A DNA stretch of 64,000 nucleotides from Chloroflexota bacterium. Its GTDB lineage: Bacteria > Chloroflexota > Anaerolineae > Anaerolineales > Villigracilaceae. The position numbers were made by a program, and so were the translations under genes. Below the pieces are notes generated by a model, which searched no databases, was not told the DNA's origin, and saw only the letters and a list, made by a program, of their open reading frames with translations. Positions 1 through 8,603 of this stretch are shown here, in pieces. The first letter of the stretch is position 1, and every line of letters begins with the position of its first letter. The stretch lies in NCBI GenBank assembly GCA_016219545.1, contig JACRMH010000041.1, positions 69,297 through 133,296 on the forward strand. The letters run 5' to 3'.

Positions 1-100
1 TCAACACTTCTCCAGCTTCGGCGGAAAAGCTCACGCCTTGTACGGCTTGTAATTCACCAAATGATTTTTTGAGGTTATTAACTTCGATTGCCTTGGACAT
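1..100 (-). CDS. ABC transporter ATP-binding protein, 5' part only (runs off the window)
   Basis: Reverse strand from the ATG at 100 reads MSKAIEVNNLKKSFGELQAVQGVSFSAEAGEVL, a typical ABC ATPase N-terminus; AAGGAA ribosome-binding site upstream. Confidence 0.85.
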   Translation of the reverse strand, partial: MSKAIEVNNLKKSFGELQAVQGVSFSAEAGEVL

Positions 101-212
101 AATTGATTCCTTTTTTATCTCTTCCCTCCCAAAATGAGGAGGGTGCGCTTTAGCGCAGGTGGGGTCGGTTTTGATTATCCCAAGTATACGCGCACCACTT
201 AAGCAGCACCAT

Positions 213-250
213 TGCGCTTTCGCACATTAAGGACACTGTCCTTTCGTACA
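213..250. promoter_or_regulatory. Tandem direct repeat, candidate response-regulator binding sites
   Basis: TGCGCTTTCGCACA (213-226) and TGTCCTTTCGTACA (237-250) lie between the divergent ABC and kinase genes. Confidence 0.4.
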
Positions 251-289
251 ATGTCCCTGCACGCCTGCTTGCGATAAAATGAGATCACC

Positions 290-1465
290 ATGCAAACCAA
301 AACCTCCAACCGCGTCAAAGTCGAGCAGGATTACCGTCTCTTTTTTGTGTTCATGACCCTCATCATGGTCGGCATGTATGTGGTATCTCTCATCGAAAAC
401 CCCGCTTTGCAGAAATTCTGGCCTGCTGCCCTCTTCACCATTTTGCTCACAGCCCACATCACCCTGCATTGGATAGTGATCCGCCTTATTCAAACGCCCG
501 TCCGCAAGGCAGCCTACATCATCGGGCAGGGCCTGCTGGCATTTGTCATCATCCAAATGTCGGGCAACATCGGTATGATCTTTGCACTTTACATGGCCCT
601 GATCGGTGAATGCATCGGCATTCTGGGGATCACCCGCTGGGCGGCGCTCACTGTTCTTTTTTATATGGCGCTATCAGTATCCAACTTTGGCTTATTCGCC
701 GATACCGGGAGTGCCTTTTTCTGGCTGCTCGCCAGCATCCCGACCATTATTTTCGTCAGCCTGTATGTTACGTTGTATACCCGTCAGGCCGAAGCGCGCG
801 AACGCGCACAAGCTCTCGCCGATGAACTCAGTGAATATGTTGCCAAGGTTGAAGATCTCACCATAGCCAATGAACGCCAGCGAATGGCGCGCGAACTCCA
901 CGATACACTCTCACAGGGTCTCGCAGGTTTGGTCCTGCAACTCGAGGCCGCCGACGCGCATCTCAGTAACAAGCATCCGGAACGCGCGCAGGAAATTATC
1001 CAGCAATCCATGGAAACCGCCCGTTCAGTTTTAGGCGATGCCCGCAAGGCCATCAGTGACCTGCGTCATGAGTCTGGAGAATTGGAAGATTCTCTACGCC
1101 TTGAAATTTTCCGCTTCACCGAAGCCACCGGCATCCCATGCAATTTCCACCTCGCTCTTTCCCAGCCGATAGCGGACTCAGTCCGAGAGACAGTTATCCG
1201 CGCTGTGGCAGAGTCACTTAACAATATTGCACGCCATGCTAAAGCGGCTTCTTCATCGGTCAGTGTCACTGCAAATGAAAATGAGATCACTGTCGATGTT
1301 AAAGATGACGGAATTGGCTTTGATCCCAATGCCATCGCATCGGGGCATTACGGTCTGCTTGGGATGCAGGAACGTGCCCGATTAAACAGAGGCAGGCTCG
1401 AGGTCCGCAGTGAAGCGGGGAAAGGAACTCATCTGACGCTGACTCTTCCCATCGAGTCAAAGTAG
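290..1465 (+). CDS. Membrane sensor histidine kinase (HisKA_3, YdfH/LiaS-like)
   Basis: N-terminal TM helices, ERQRMARELHD H-box, ESLNNIARHA N-box, DDGIGF and GLLGMQER G-boxes. Confidence 0.95.
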   Translation: MQTKTSNRVKVEQDYRLFFVFMTLIMVGMYVVSLIENPALQKFWPAALFTILLTAHITLHWIVIRLIQTPVRKAAYIIGQGLLAFVIIQMSGNIGMIFALYMALIGECIGILGITRWAALTVLFYMALSVSNFGLFADTGSAFFWLLASIPTIIFVSLYVTLYTRQAEARERAQALADELSEYVAKVEDLTIANERQRMARELHDTLSQGLAGLVLQLEAADAHLSNKHPERAQEIIQQSMETARSVLGDARKAISDLRHESGELEDSLRLEIFRFTEATGIPCNFHLALSQPIADSVRETVIRAVAESLNNIARHAKAASSSVSVTANENEITVDVKDDGIGFDPNAIASGHYGLLGMQERARLNRGRLEVRSEAGKGTHLTLTLPIESK

Positions 1466-1475
1466 AATAGGTAAC

Positions 1476-2120
1476 ATGAATCCCCCAATCCGCATTGTGA
1501 TCGCCGATGACCATTTGATCGTCCGCCAGGGTTTGCGTTTGATCCTTGAAACGGAAGATGGTCTTGAACTGGTCGGCGAGGCGTCTGACGGCGCAGAGGC
1601 AATTCAGCGTTGTGTTGAACTAAAACCCAACGTGGTGTTGATGGATCTGCGTATGCCCGGCATGGACGGCTTGACCGCCATTGAACATTTGCAAGTTGAA
1701 CAACCGCAAATCGCCGTAGTAATTTTGACAACCTTCAACGAAGATGACCTGATGCTGGGCGGCTTGAGCGCTGGCGCGAAAGGCTATCTTCTCAAAGATA
1801 CGGACAGGCAAACATTATTCAGCGCCATCCGCGCCGCCGCGCGCGGCGAGACTCTTTTTCAACCCGAAGTCCTTGCGCGGTTGCTTTCCAAGGTGGGTGA
1901 AAAGTCATTTACAGCATCCGCAACTTTTGACCTGACCGAACGGGAGCGCGAAGTATTGAATGCTGTTGCACACGGCGAGCGCAGCAAGGAAATTGCATTG
2001 AAACTCAAGATCACCGAGCGGACAGTGAAAGCGCACCTTGCGAGCATCTACAATAAGCTGGGGGTTGATTCGCGTGCCGGGGCCATCGCGGTCGCTTCGC
2101 AAAACCGATTGCTTTCATAG
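1476..2120 (+). CDS. NarL/LuxR-family response regulator
   Basis: Receiver domain (ADDH, LMDLRMP, GYLLK) plus LuxR HTH (LTEREREVL...TVKAHLASIYNKLGV). Confidence 0.95.
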   Translation: MNPPIRIVIADDHLIVRQGLRLILETEDGLELVGEASDGAEAIQRCVELKPNVVLMDLRMPGMDGLTAIEHLQVEQPQIAVVILTTFNEDDLMLGGLSAGAKGYLLKDTDRQTLFSAIRAAARGETLFQPEVLARLLSKVGEKSFTASATFDLTEREREVLNAVAHGERSKEIALKLKITERTVKAHLASIYNKLGVDSRAGAIAVASQNRLLS

Positions 2121-2149
2121 CTGTATCTACAAATCATCTGAAAATACTG

Positions 2150-2284
2150 TGTCGCTCTGAGGGAGCGTTCTCCCTGGCACCGCCCGCCAGGGCAGGTGTC
2201 GCGACCGAAGAGTCTCGTGTTTTTAGCGTAGAGATCCTCACCGCACTGGCGCGCGGCGCAAGTGTCGCTACGCTCAGGACGACA
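2150..2284. repeat. REP-like palindrome carrying two nested micro-inserts (2172-2198 and 2239-2264)
   Basis: TGTC..CTGAG / CTCAG..GACA outer arms; a related copy is at 31727-31824. Confidence 0.75.
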
Positions 2285-2348
2285 TTTTTGAGATAAGTAT
2301 CAAAAAAAACGCACCATAAAAATTCTTATAAGTAAATTAGCAAGGGGA

Positions 2349-3536
2349 CTATTTAATAATTTTCCTGACGGTTGGTTTGTAACCTGGAAAGACCTGCTCC
2401 ACTGTGGGGTTATTCAAGCGCTTCATTAATATTTCGGAAAGCACATCGCGATAATCGGTTGTGACGGCGAGGTCGCCGGGGCCGATCAATTGACCTTCCC
2501 GCAAGCCGGGCCATGCTCCGTGGACCTTGCCGCCATTCACATTCCCACCCAATACCATCATCATACTGCCGTGACCGTGATCTGTCCCCAAGCTTCCATT
2601 TTCAGAACAGCGCCGCCCAAACTCAGACATGGTGACTGTGGTGATCTTGTTCATGTGGTCGAACATATCTGCATGAAAAGCGGCGAGACCTTCGGCGAGG
2701 TCTTTCATTAGGCCGGGCATCAAGCCGCTGGTCACACCCTGAGCGAAATGTGTATCCCAGCCGCCGAGATCAATGGCCGAGACTTCGAGTCCCACATCCG
2801 CTTGGATGAGCATGGCAGTTTGTTTGAGCGCAAGCCCAAATTCAGAGTCGGGATATTTCGCGTCACGCACCGCGAGATAAGTCTGCGGGTCGAGCTTTTC
2901 AAGCGTGTTCATGATCGCAAGCGTATCCTGCCCAAGCACGTCATTTTGATAAACACTGCTCAACGCGCTTTGCATTTGCTTCAACGCGCGCATATCTCCG
3001 CCTAGATGAAAATCCGCGATGGACCTTAGCACCGAGACGGGCACTGATCCGGCGAGACTCTTCTGCGGGCGAGTCCCCATACCTACAGCGCGGAGCGGCG
3101 ACACATTACCGGTATTCAATGCCGCGAGATGACGACCGATCCAACCCGAAGCAGGACCGCGCTCATCGTCCACACCGCGCTCCATCAGTTCCATCGCTTT
3201 GAAGTGACTGCGCGACTCGTCCGGCGCACCGCAGGCGTGGATAATGGCAAGCTGTTCGCTTTGCCAGGCATTAGTCAACGTTTGCATGGATGGATGAAAT
3301 CCAAAGAATCCGTCGAGGTCAATTGCGCGTTCATCCTTTTTTGCGCTTGTGTCATCCGGGCGCGGAATGCCGAGTGACGGGCGCAGTTGATAATAGGCGT
3401 CCTCGCCGTGCGGCACAACCATGTTGAGCACATCCGCTGCGCCGCGTAAAAAGATGACCACTAAAGTGTCTCCGCGTTGGGCAGTGTTCGTGGGAGCAAA
3501 TGAAAGACGGGGCATCCAGGTTGTTTGTGTGAGCAT
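2349..3536 (-). CDS. DUF1501 family protein
   Basis: LVVIFLRGAAD.LN, SRSHF, GGWDTH, SEFGRR..ENGSLGTDHG, TTDYRDV motifs; paired with DUF1800. Confidence 0.9.
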   Translation of the reverse strand: MLTQTTWMPRLSFAPTNTAQRGDTLVVIFLRGAADVLNMVVPHGEDAYYQLRPSLGIPRPDDTSAKKDERAIDLDGFFGFHPSMQTLTNAWQSEQLAIIHACGAPDESRSHFKAMELMERGVDDERGPASGWIGRHLAALNTGNVSPLRAVGMGTRPQKSLAGSVPVSVLRSIADFHLGGDMRALKQMQSALSSVYQNDVLGQDTLAIMNTLEKLDPQTYLAVRDAKYPDSEFGLALKQTAMLIQADVGLEVSAIDLGGWDTHFAQGVTSGLMPGLMKDLAEGLAAFHADMFDHMNKITTVTMSEFGRRCSENGSLGTDHGHGSMMMVLGGNVNGGKVHGAWPGLREGQLIGPGDLAVTTDYRDVLSEILMKRLNNPTVEQVFPGYKPTVRKIIK

Positions 3537-3556
3537 AATGACTCCTAAAGTTTTTC

Positions 3557-3647
3557 GTCATTGCGAGGAGGGCTTTAGCCTGACGAAGCAATCTGTTTAT
3601 TGGCTTGGAGATTGCTTCAGGCGAAAGAACATCGCCCTCGCAATGAC
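3557..3647. repeat. REP-like palindrome (GTCATTGCGAG...GAAGCAATC / GATTGCTTC...CTCGCAATGAC), uninterrupted copy
   Basis: Same family at 30504-30634, 37000-37141, 48146-48243 and 60511-60600. Confidence 0.85.
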
Positions 3648-3654
3648 AGAGACG

Positions 3655-5136
3655 TTATCTCCATTGAAACGCGGGCGAAGCGATCAGGCTTGCGGCGATG
3701 ACCTGCAAAGTTTCTTCTTCATTCGCTCCGGCAGATCGGATCGATTTGATCAATTCATCGCGCACAGTGTTCGACATTGAAGCGCCCAATAATAAAGATG
3801 AGATCGAATCAACATCGTCTTGTAAAATTCCCGTTGATGCGACATCCAACAAAGATTTGAGATTATGTTTCGTGCCACCGATCTCATTGCGGATCAATGC
3901 GAATGCGAACTGCCAGCGCGGCATGAGATTTCCCTGCCACGCTTCGCTGCGGTCAGGATAACCATCGGGCGTGGTCCAGTTGAAGTAGAGTTGTCCCATG
4001 CGAAGGAGATAATCTTGAACACCAGCGGCATCGGTTTCCACGTTCAACATCCTCATGGCAGAGAGGACAAAGTTTGCGGGACGTTTGTATTTTGGCTGTG
4101 CGAGGGGCAGTCCATCCAACAAAATAATTCGCAGCACGGATTTGATATCGCCTTTTGAGGTGAGAAAAACCTTCGAGGCTTTTTCGACCAACTCAACGGG
4201 AGGTTGATCCGCGATGAATCGGCGCGCAAGTTTTGTCGCAACGAATCGCGCCGCGCTGGGATGAGTCACCAGTGTTTCGATCACCTGCTCCGCTTCTTTG
4301 ATCCCGTTATTAGGAATTGTCATGCCCAAAATATTTTTTGTGCCCGTGTCGTGCAGGTTTTCCTTGAAGACAAAATCACCGAGCCAGAAATGTTCCTTGA
4401 CGTTCCAGCCCGTTAGACAGCGCGCCAGTTCCATTACATCCTGCTGGCTGTAGCCGCCGTCCACGCCGAGGGTGTGCAATTCCATTAACTCGCGCGCATA
4501 ATTTTCATTGGGCGCGCCCTTTTGATTCGCCTGATTGTCGAGATAGGTCATCATGGCGGGTGAATGCGCGGAAGCCCATACCAGGTCACGGAATGAGCCG
4601 AGCGCATTCTTGCGGATCACTTCGCGGTCGTCAACGGTCTTGAGGTAAAAGCAGTTGCCCTTATCAATGTAGATGTTGAAATGGTCGCTCCAGAATTCCG
4701 TCATCACTTCATAGAGTTGACGCTTGCTGTAAAGTTGACGCACGAGCGTGGCGCGGCGTAATTCGTCCGGCGCTTTTTCGCGGTCATAATTTTCAAACAG
4801 TTGGTTGCTGATGCCTTCGATCTCATTTGCCGCCATCTTGAGAGTCTTGAACGGGGTGAGTTGAAGCTCGCAATCGAAATCATTGATCGTTTTAAAATCA
4901 AGCTGTTCTTCGATCCATGCCTGCAAACCGATCCCGGCAAAACGCGCACGCTCCTCCACACGCGGACCGAAGGTGAGTCTTTGAAGCGCAAGGAAATCAC
5001 GCTCGCCGAGCGGAGTCCACGCAGTAGTGGGAAGGTCGCCTGCCAGTCTGCGATACACGGGCGCACACGAGGATAGCGCCGCGCTGGCAGTGACAAGTGC
5101 TCCAAGTTTAAGAAAGTCGCGTCGGGAAAGAGTCAT
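3655..5136 (-). CDS. DUF1800 family protein with Tat/lipoprotein signal
   Basis: SRRDFLK Tat motif then LSSC lipobox; FWSDHFN, YLDN, NENYARELMELHTLG, DVMELARCLTGW, SPAFQWR motifs. Confidence 0.9.
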   Translation of the reverse strand: MTLSRRDFLKLGALVTASAALSSCAPVYRRLAGDLPTTAWTPLGERDFLALQRLTFGPRVEERARFAGIGLQAWIEEQLDFKTINDFDCELQLTPFKTLKMAANEIEGISNQLFENYDREKAPDELRRATLVRQLYSKRQLYEVMTEFWSDHFNIYIDKGNCFYLKTVDDREVIRKNALGSFRDLVWASAHSPAMMTYLDNQANQKGAPNENYARELMELHTLGVDGGYSQQDVMELARCLTGWNVKEHFWLGDFVFKENLHDTGTKNILGMTIPNNGIKEAEQVIETLVTHPSAARFVATKLARRFIADQPPVELVEKASKVFLTSKGDIKSVLRIILLDGLPLAQPKYKRPANFVLSAMRMLNVETDAAGVQDYLLRMGQLYFNWTTPDGYPDRSEAWQGNLMPRWQFAFALIRNEIGGTKHNLKSLLDVASTGILQDDVDSISSLLLGASMSNTVRDELIKSIRSAGANEEETLQVIAASLIASPAFQWR

Positions 5137-5157
5137 AGTAAATAGTTGGTCGGTAAT

Positions 5158-6294
5158 TTATGGATTCGCACGGAACGAATCCCACACCTGCAGGGCGGGT
5201 TTTGGCGTGCCATCTTTTTCGCGCAAGCCCACATTGACAAAGAATCCCAGAGTGTTGATGTCGTCTTTGCTTGTGCCTTGCTGGTCGAAATATTTTGCAT
5301 ACGAGTCGATGTTCAAATCGCTGAACAGCAGATAGATCCAAAAGTCGAGTCGCTCACCAATCTGGGTGTGGATCGCGTTGAGATAATCCACCTGATCTTG
5401 AGGAGTGCCGGGAAGGTTTTCAGTCTGTCGTGAGATAAATCCACCTTCGGCAACGGCCAGCGGCTTGTTGGTGCGTGTGAGCAGAGGAGTGTAATAGTCC
5501 GCGGGAATCTCGCTGCCGGTGCGGAACGCGATGAACGGATAAGACGAAATCACCCACAGATCAAGCTGCGGCTCAAAGACTTCGATATATTCCCATTTGG
5601 TCTCATAAGGTGCGCCTTGGCCTTCAATGGGGACAACACTATTTAACTGCTCCCATTGAAAAGTGACGAATACCTTTGTCTCAGGCGATTCTGCTTTGAC
5701 AGCGGCGTATGTTTCGCGATAGAGGCTGAGAAAATTCGGAAAGTCTTCGGGGTATGCCTCAGCGTACGAGTTGATCTCGGAAGCGAGTCCCAGATATTGC
5801 GGTTTGAACTCGCGCAGGACTCTCAGTGTGAAGTTCTTATATGCGCTGCGAACTTCGGGGGTGGAAAAATTCGCGTTGCTCCAGTCAGTGGGCAGGCCGG
5901 AAAACTCGCGCCGGTTCAATCCATTGAGCGGATCAATCACATAGATCGATTCAAGATTATTCGCCCGCGCAAGGGTCTGCGCGTTTATCATGTCTTCGAT
6001 CTTTTTTGATTTGGAGTCCGCGCTGGATACAAAATCCAACCACGGAATATTTTCCTGAACCAGAGTCACATCGGCGTGTTGTCCCATATCTTTGTACATG
6101 GCGAAGACGCTATTCAAAGAAACTTCTGATGGAGTGGGGAAAAATCCATAAGCGGTGCGTCCGCTCTCGAAGACCGAGGGTTCGGGAGTGTAGGTTGGGT
6201 CTGGGTAGGGCGACATACTTTGGCCGCAGGCCATGCTAACGATGAGGATCAGCAAAACGGGAAGGAATGATCGTGACATCGAAAATTTATGCAT
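5158..6294 (-). CDS. Lipoprotein, putative glycoside-hydrolase-like TIM barrel
   Basis: Hydrophobic signal ending SMAC; LASEINSY and VAEGGF glutamate motifs; start chosen at the ATG overlapping the upstream stop codon. Confidence 0.55.
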   Translation of the reverse strand: MHKFSMSRSFLPVLLILIVSMACGQSMSPYPDPTYTPEPSVFESGRTAYGFFPTPSEVSLNSVFAMYKDMGQHADVTLVQENIPWLDFVSSADSKSKKIEDMINAQTLARANNLESIYVIDPLNGLNRREFSGLPTDWSNANFSTPEVRSAYKNFTLRVLREFKPQYLGLASEINSYAEAYPEDFPNFLSLYRETYAAVKAESPETKVFVTFQWEQLNSVVPIEGQGAPYETKWEYIEVFEPQLDLWVISSYPFIAFRTGSEIPADYYTPLLTRTNKPLAVAEGGFISRQTENLPGTPQDQVDYLNAIHTQIGERLDFWIYLLFSDLNIDSYAKYFDQQGTSKDDINTLGFFVNVGLREKDGTPKPALQVWDSFRANP

Positions 6295-6811
6295 GGGAAG
6301 GTGCTGTCTCATTCGGCGTGGACTGAGTCTTCTCGCGCGGCATCCAATTCAACAGGGCAAAACTCGCCGCGCCAAAGGAAATGATGACCGCAATCGGCAA
6401 AAGAAAGAACCACCCAATGACGGGCAGGAATGACGTCAGTTCGAGAATGACCGCGCCGCGGATGAATCCTGCCAGCGGACTGAACACACTGCCCGCCCGT
6501 TTCATTTGTTCGCTCAGATGCGAGGAAATTCCCGCCGAGCCAATCGAGGAAACCGCAAACGAAGCCGCCAGCAATACCCAACCGAGGAATTTGGCGGGAC
6601 CGAATGGAAGCACAAGCAGGATCACAATTGGGATCGCCAACGCGATCATGACCCCAAGCCCCATCCAGAACGTTCCTCCGAGAGTCTTTTCCACGCGTAC
6701 CTGGGCGCGCGCAACAAGGGGCGGGAACAACAACCACCAAAGAGTCAACATGCTCGGAAATGCAACCGAGATGATGAGCAGAATAAAGAAGATCGCAGAA
6801 ATATCAGCCAT
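6287..6811 (-). CDS. Integral membrane protein (about 4 TM)
   Basis: Hydrophobic 174 aa ORF with LPVIGW motif; resembles the 6951-7439 product. Confidence 0.75.
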   Translation of the reverse strand: MADISAIFFILLIISVAFPSMLTLWWLLFPPLVARAQVRVEKTLGGTFWMGLGVMIALAIPIVILLVLPFGPAKFLGWVLLAASFAVSSIGSAGISSHLSEQMKRAGSVFSPLAGFIRGAVILELTSFLPVIGWFFLLPIAVIISFGAASFALLNWMPREKTQSTPNETAPSHA

Positions 6812-6842
6812 GTTAATTTCCTTTTGTTTATTTGATATAGGG

Positions 6843-6871
6843 AATACAGGAGGGGATATGAAAAAGTTGCG
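6843..6871 (-). promoter_or_regulatory. Putative ECF-sigma promoter (CGCAAC-N17-TGTATT)
   Basis: Shares GCAACTTTTTC-N9-CCTGTATT with the copy upstream of the ECF sigma gene. Confidence 0.7.
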
Positions 6872-6950
6872 GTTTATGAAGTTAACTCAGGTTAAAGAAA
6901 AAGACGCGGGATGAGCGCGCCTTTTTGGAAAGATAAAAGAAGAAAGAGGT

Positions 6951-7439
6951 TTAGGTATTGCGTTGGAAGAATCCCAGAATGGCCGCGCCAATACCGACAA
7001 AGCCGACATAAGGCAGCAGCAGAAACCAACCGAAAAGCGGAAGCGCGCACGCAAAGCACAAGATGACAGTGCTCCATAGGTTTCTTTTCCATGCTGCCAT
7101 ATCCGGGAATATCTTTTCTCCCAGAGATTGAACCATGCCGGTTAACCCAATGCTCAAAAGGATCGCGAGAAAAATAAGGATGGCAAATGCAGGGATCGTT
7201 AGAATGCCTCTCACGAATGCGACTGCATTTTGAGATACAGACAACAACACCAGCGCGATCACACCGAAGAAAAGAAAATTTACCATCCCCAACCCAAACG
7301 AACGCCACGGCATTTGCTGAATGATGTTTTTTGTTTTGAGCACACGCTCTGTGAACAGTGCTCCGATCACAAGAAAATATGCAGAGAGGGTAATGGTCAA
7401 CAGAAGGGTTACAAAGAACAAGCGAAGAACGTTATCCAT
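6951..7439 (-). CDS. Integral membrane protein
   Basis: Hydrophobic 162 aa ORF with LPLFGW and GIGAAIL motifs. Confidence 0.75.
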   Translation of the reverse strand: MDNVLRLFFVTLLLTITLSAYFLVIGALFTERVLKTKNIIQQMPWRSFGLGMVNFLFFGVIALVLLSVSQNAVAFVRGILTIPAFAILIFLAILLSIGLTGMVQSLGEKIFPDMAAWKRNLWSTVILCFACALPLFGWFLLLPYVGFVGIGAAILGFFQRNT

Positions 7440-7452
7440 GGGTGGTCTCCAA

Positions 7453-7959
7453 TTATTTCAATTGATTTTTTAGCAGTACACCGTTTCCCAGCAGCCAGAG
7501 GATGGATACGCCCGCAAGCGCGATCATCAGGCTGGAGAATTCGGCAATGTGAATTTCAGGCATGACCGGCATATGCATCTGTGAAAGCATATCGAGCGCG
7601 GCTGTCCATTGGGACTGGATTTCCGAAATAAAAGTCAAAAGTGACGACGGTTCAATGGCAGGTAAAAGATTAATCACAAACGGCGCAGCGATTATGACTC
7701 CAGCCAGTGCAATTGCAGATTGCAGCACAGCGGTCAACGTGAGCCAGCGCGGCAGGGTATACGTCCTTATGAGTGGAGAAGCGAGCGGGCACGACAAGGC
7801 AACTTCGGGCAGAGACTCCAGCTCGGCAAATAAGGATTCAAGCGCGGAGAGCCGCGCAGTGCAGTCCGCGCATGAGGCGAGGTGATTTTCGACCGTGGCA
7901 CGATCCGTAATTTCATTATCGAGGTATTCGTTCAAGAGTTCGTCGGTTAGATGATTCAT
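7453..7959 (-). CDS. Zinc-binding anti-sigma factor (zf-HC2) with TM segments
   Basis: HLASCADC (HxxxCxxC) motif; ATGA overlap with the sigma gene. Confidence 0.9.
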   Translation of the reverse strand: MNHLTDELLNEYLDNEITDRATVENHLASCADCTARLSALESLFAELESLPEVALSCPLASPLIRTYTLPRWLTLTAVLQSAIALAGVIIAAPFVINLLPAIEPSSLLTFISEIQSQWTAALDMLSQMHMPVMPEIHIAEFSSLMIALAGVSILWLLGNGVLLKNQLK

Positions 7960-8483
7960 TTCAGTTTCTCCGCCAGAATTTTGCGGGCTCGAAAAAGGTG
8001 ACTCTTCACGTCGCTGACCGGAATGTTCAACTCCACAGCAATCTCGTCATAGGATAGTTCCTGAAAATGACGAAGTTCCACGACTACGCGATAATTTGCC
8101 GGAAGAGCGGCGATGGCTTTGCGGATAAGCTCGCTTCGTTCGCGGGTTTCATACGCAGCCTCGGGCTGATTATTCTCATCCGCGAGGCGCTCGTCATCGA
8201 TCTCCACTGTGGGCTTTTGCGTCTCGAAATAATTCAGGCAAATGTTCGCCGCCACACGCCGCACCCACGGACCAAAGTCGCGCTCAAGATCGAACAAGTC
8301 AAGACGGGAATACACGCGCAAAAAAGTCTCCTGTGCAAGGTCTTCCGCTTCGCGGCGTTCATGCGTCATGCGATAACAGACGTTGAAGACACTCGTCTGG
8401 TAACGTGTGGTGAGTTCGCCGATCGCCTCGGCATTCCCGCCACGGGCACGCAGGATCAGATCGCGGTCTGTAAGTGCATTCAT
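7956..8483 (-). CDS. ECF RNA polymerase sigma factor (SigW-like)
   Basis: AEDLAQETFLR region 2; LSYDEIA...VKSHLFRARK region 4. Confidence 0.95.
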   Translation of the reverse strand: MNALTDRDLILRARGGNAEAIGELTTRYQTSVFNVCYRMTHERREAEDLAQETFLRVYSRLDLFDLERDFGPWVRRVAANICLNYFETQKPTVEIDDERLADENNQPEAAYETRERSELIRKAIAALPANYRVVVELRHFQELSYDEIAVELNIPVSDVKSHLFRARKILAEKLK

Positions 8484-8494
8484 CGCTTAAGGAT

Positions 8495-8523
8495 AATACA
8501 GGCGGGTGCGCGAAAAAGTTGCA
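8495..8523 (-). promoter_or_regulatory. Putative autoregulatory ECF promoter (TGCAAC-N17-TGTATT)
   Basis: AAC-type -35 and GTA-type -10, ending 11 nt before the sigma ATG; duplicated at 6843-6871. Confidence 0.7.
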
Positions 8524-8603
8524 GAAATTAAAAATCTCATCTGCTACTTTTCAAAGCAAAGGACTCATTCTATAGTCTATCAGGCTTGATTTTTTGGATA
8601 TTT

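Noticed and set aside
123-166. GCAGGTG-containing hairpin as another micro-insert
   Set aside because: It is not followed by T and lacks the A, B or C bodies; more likely part of a different palindrome family
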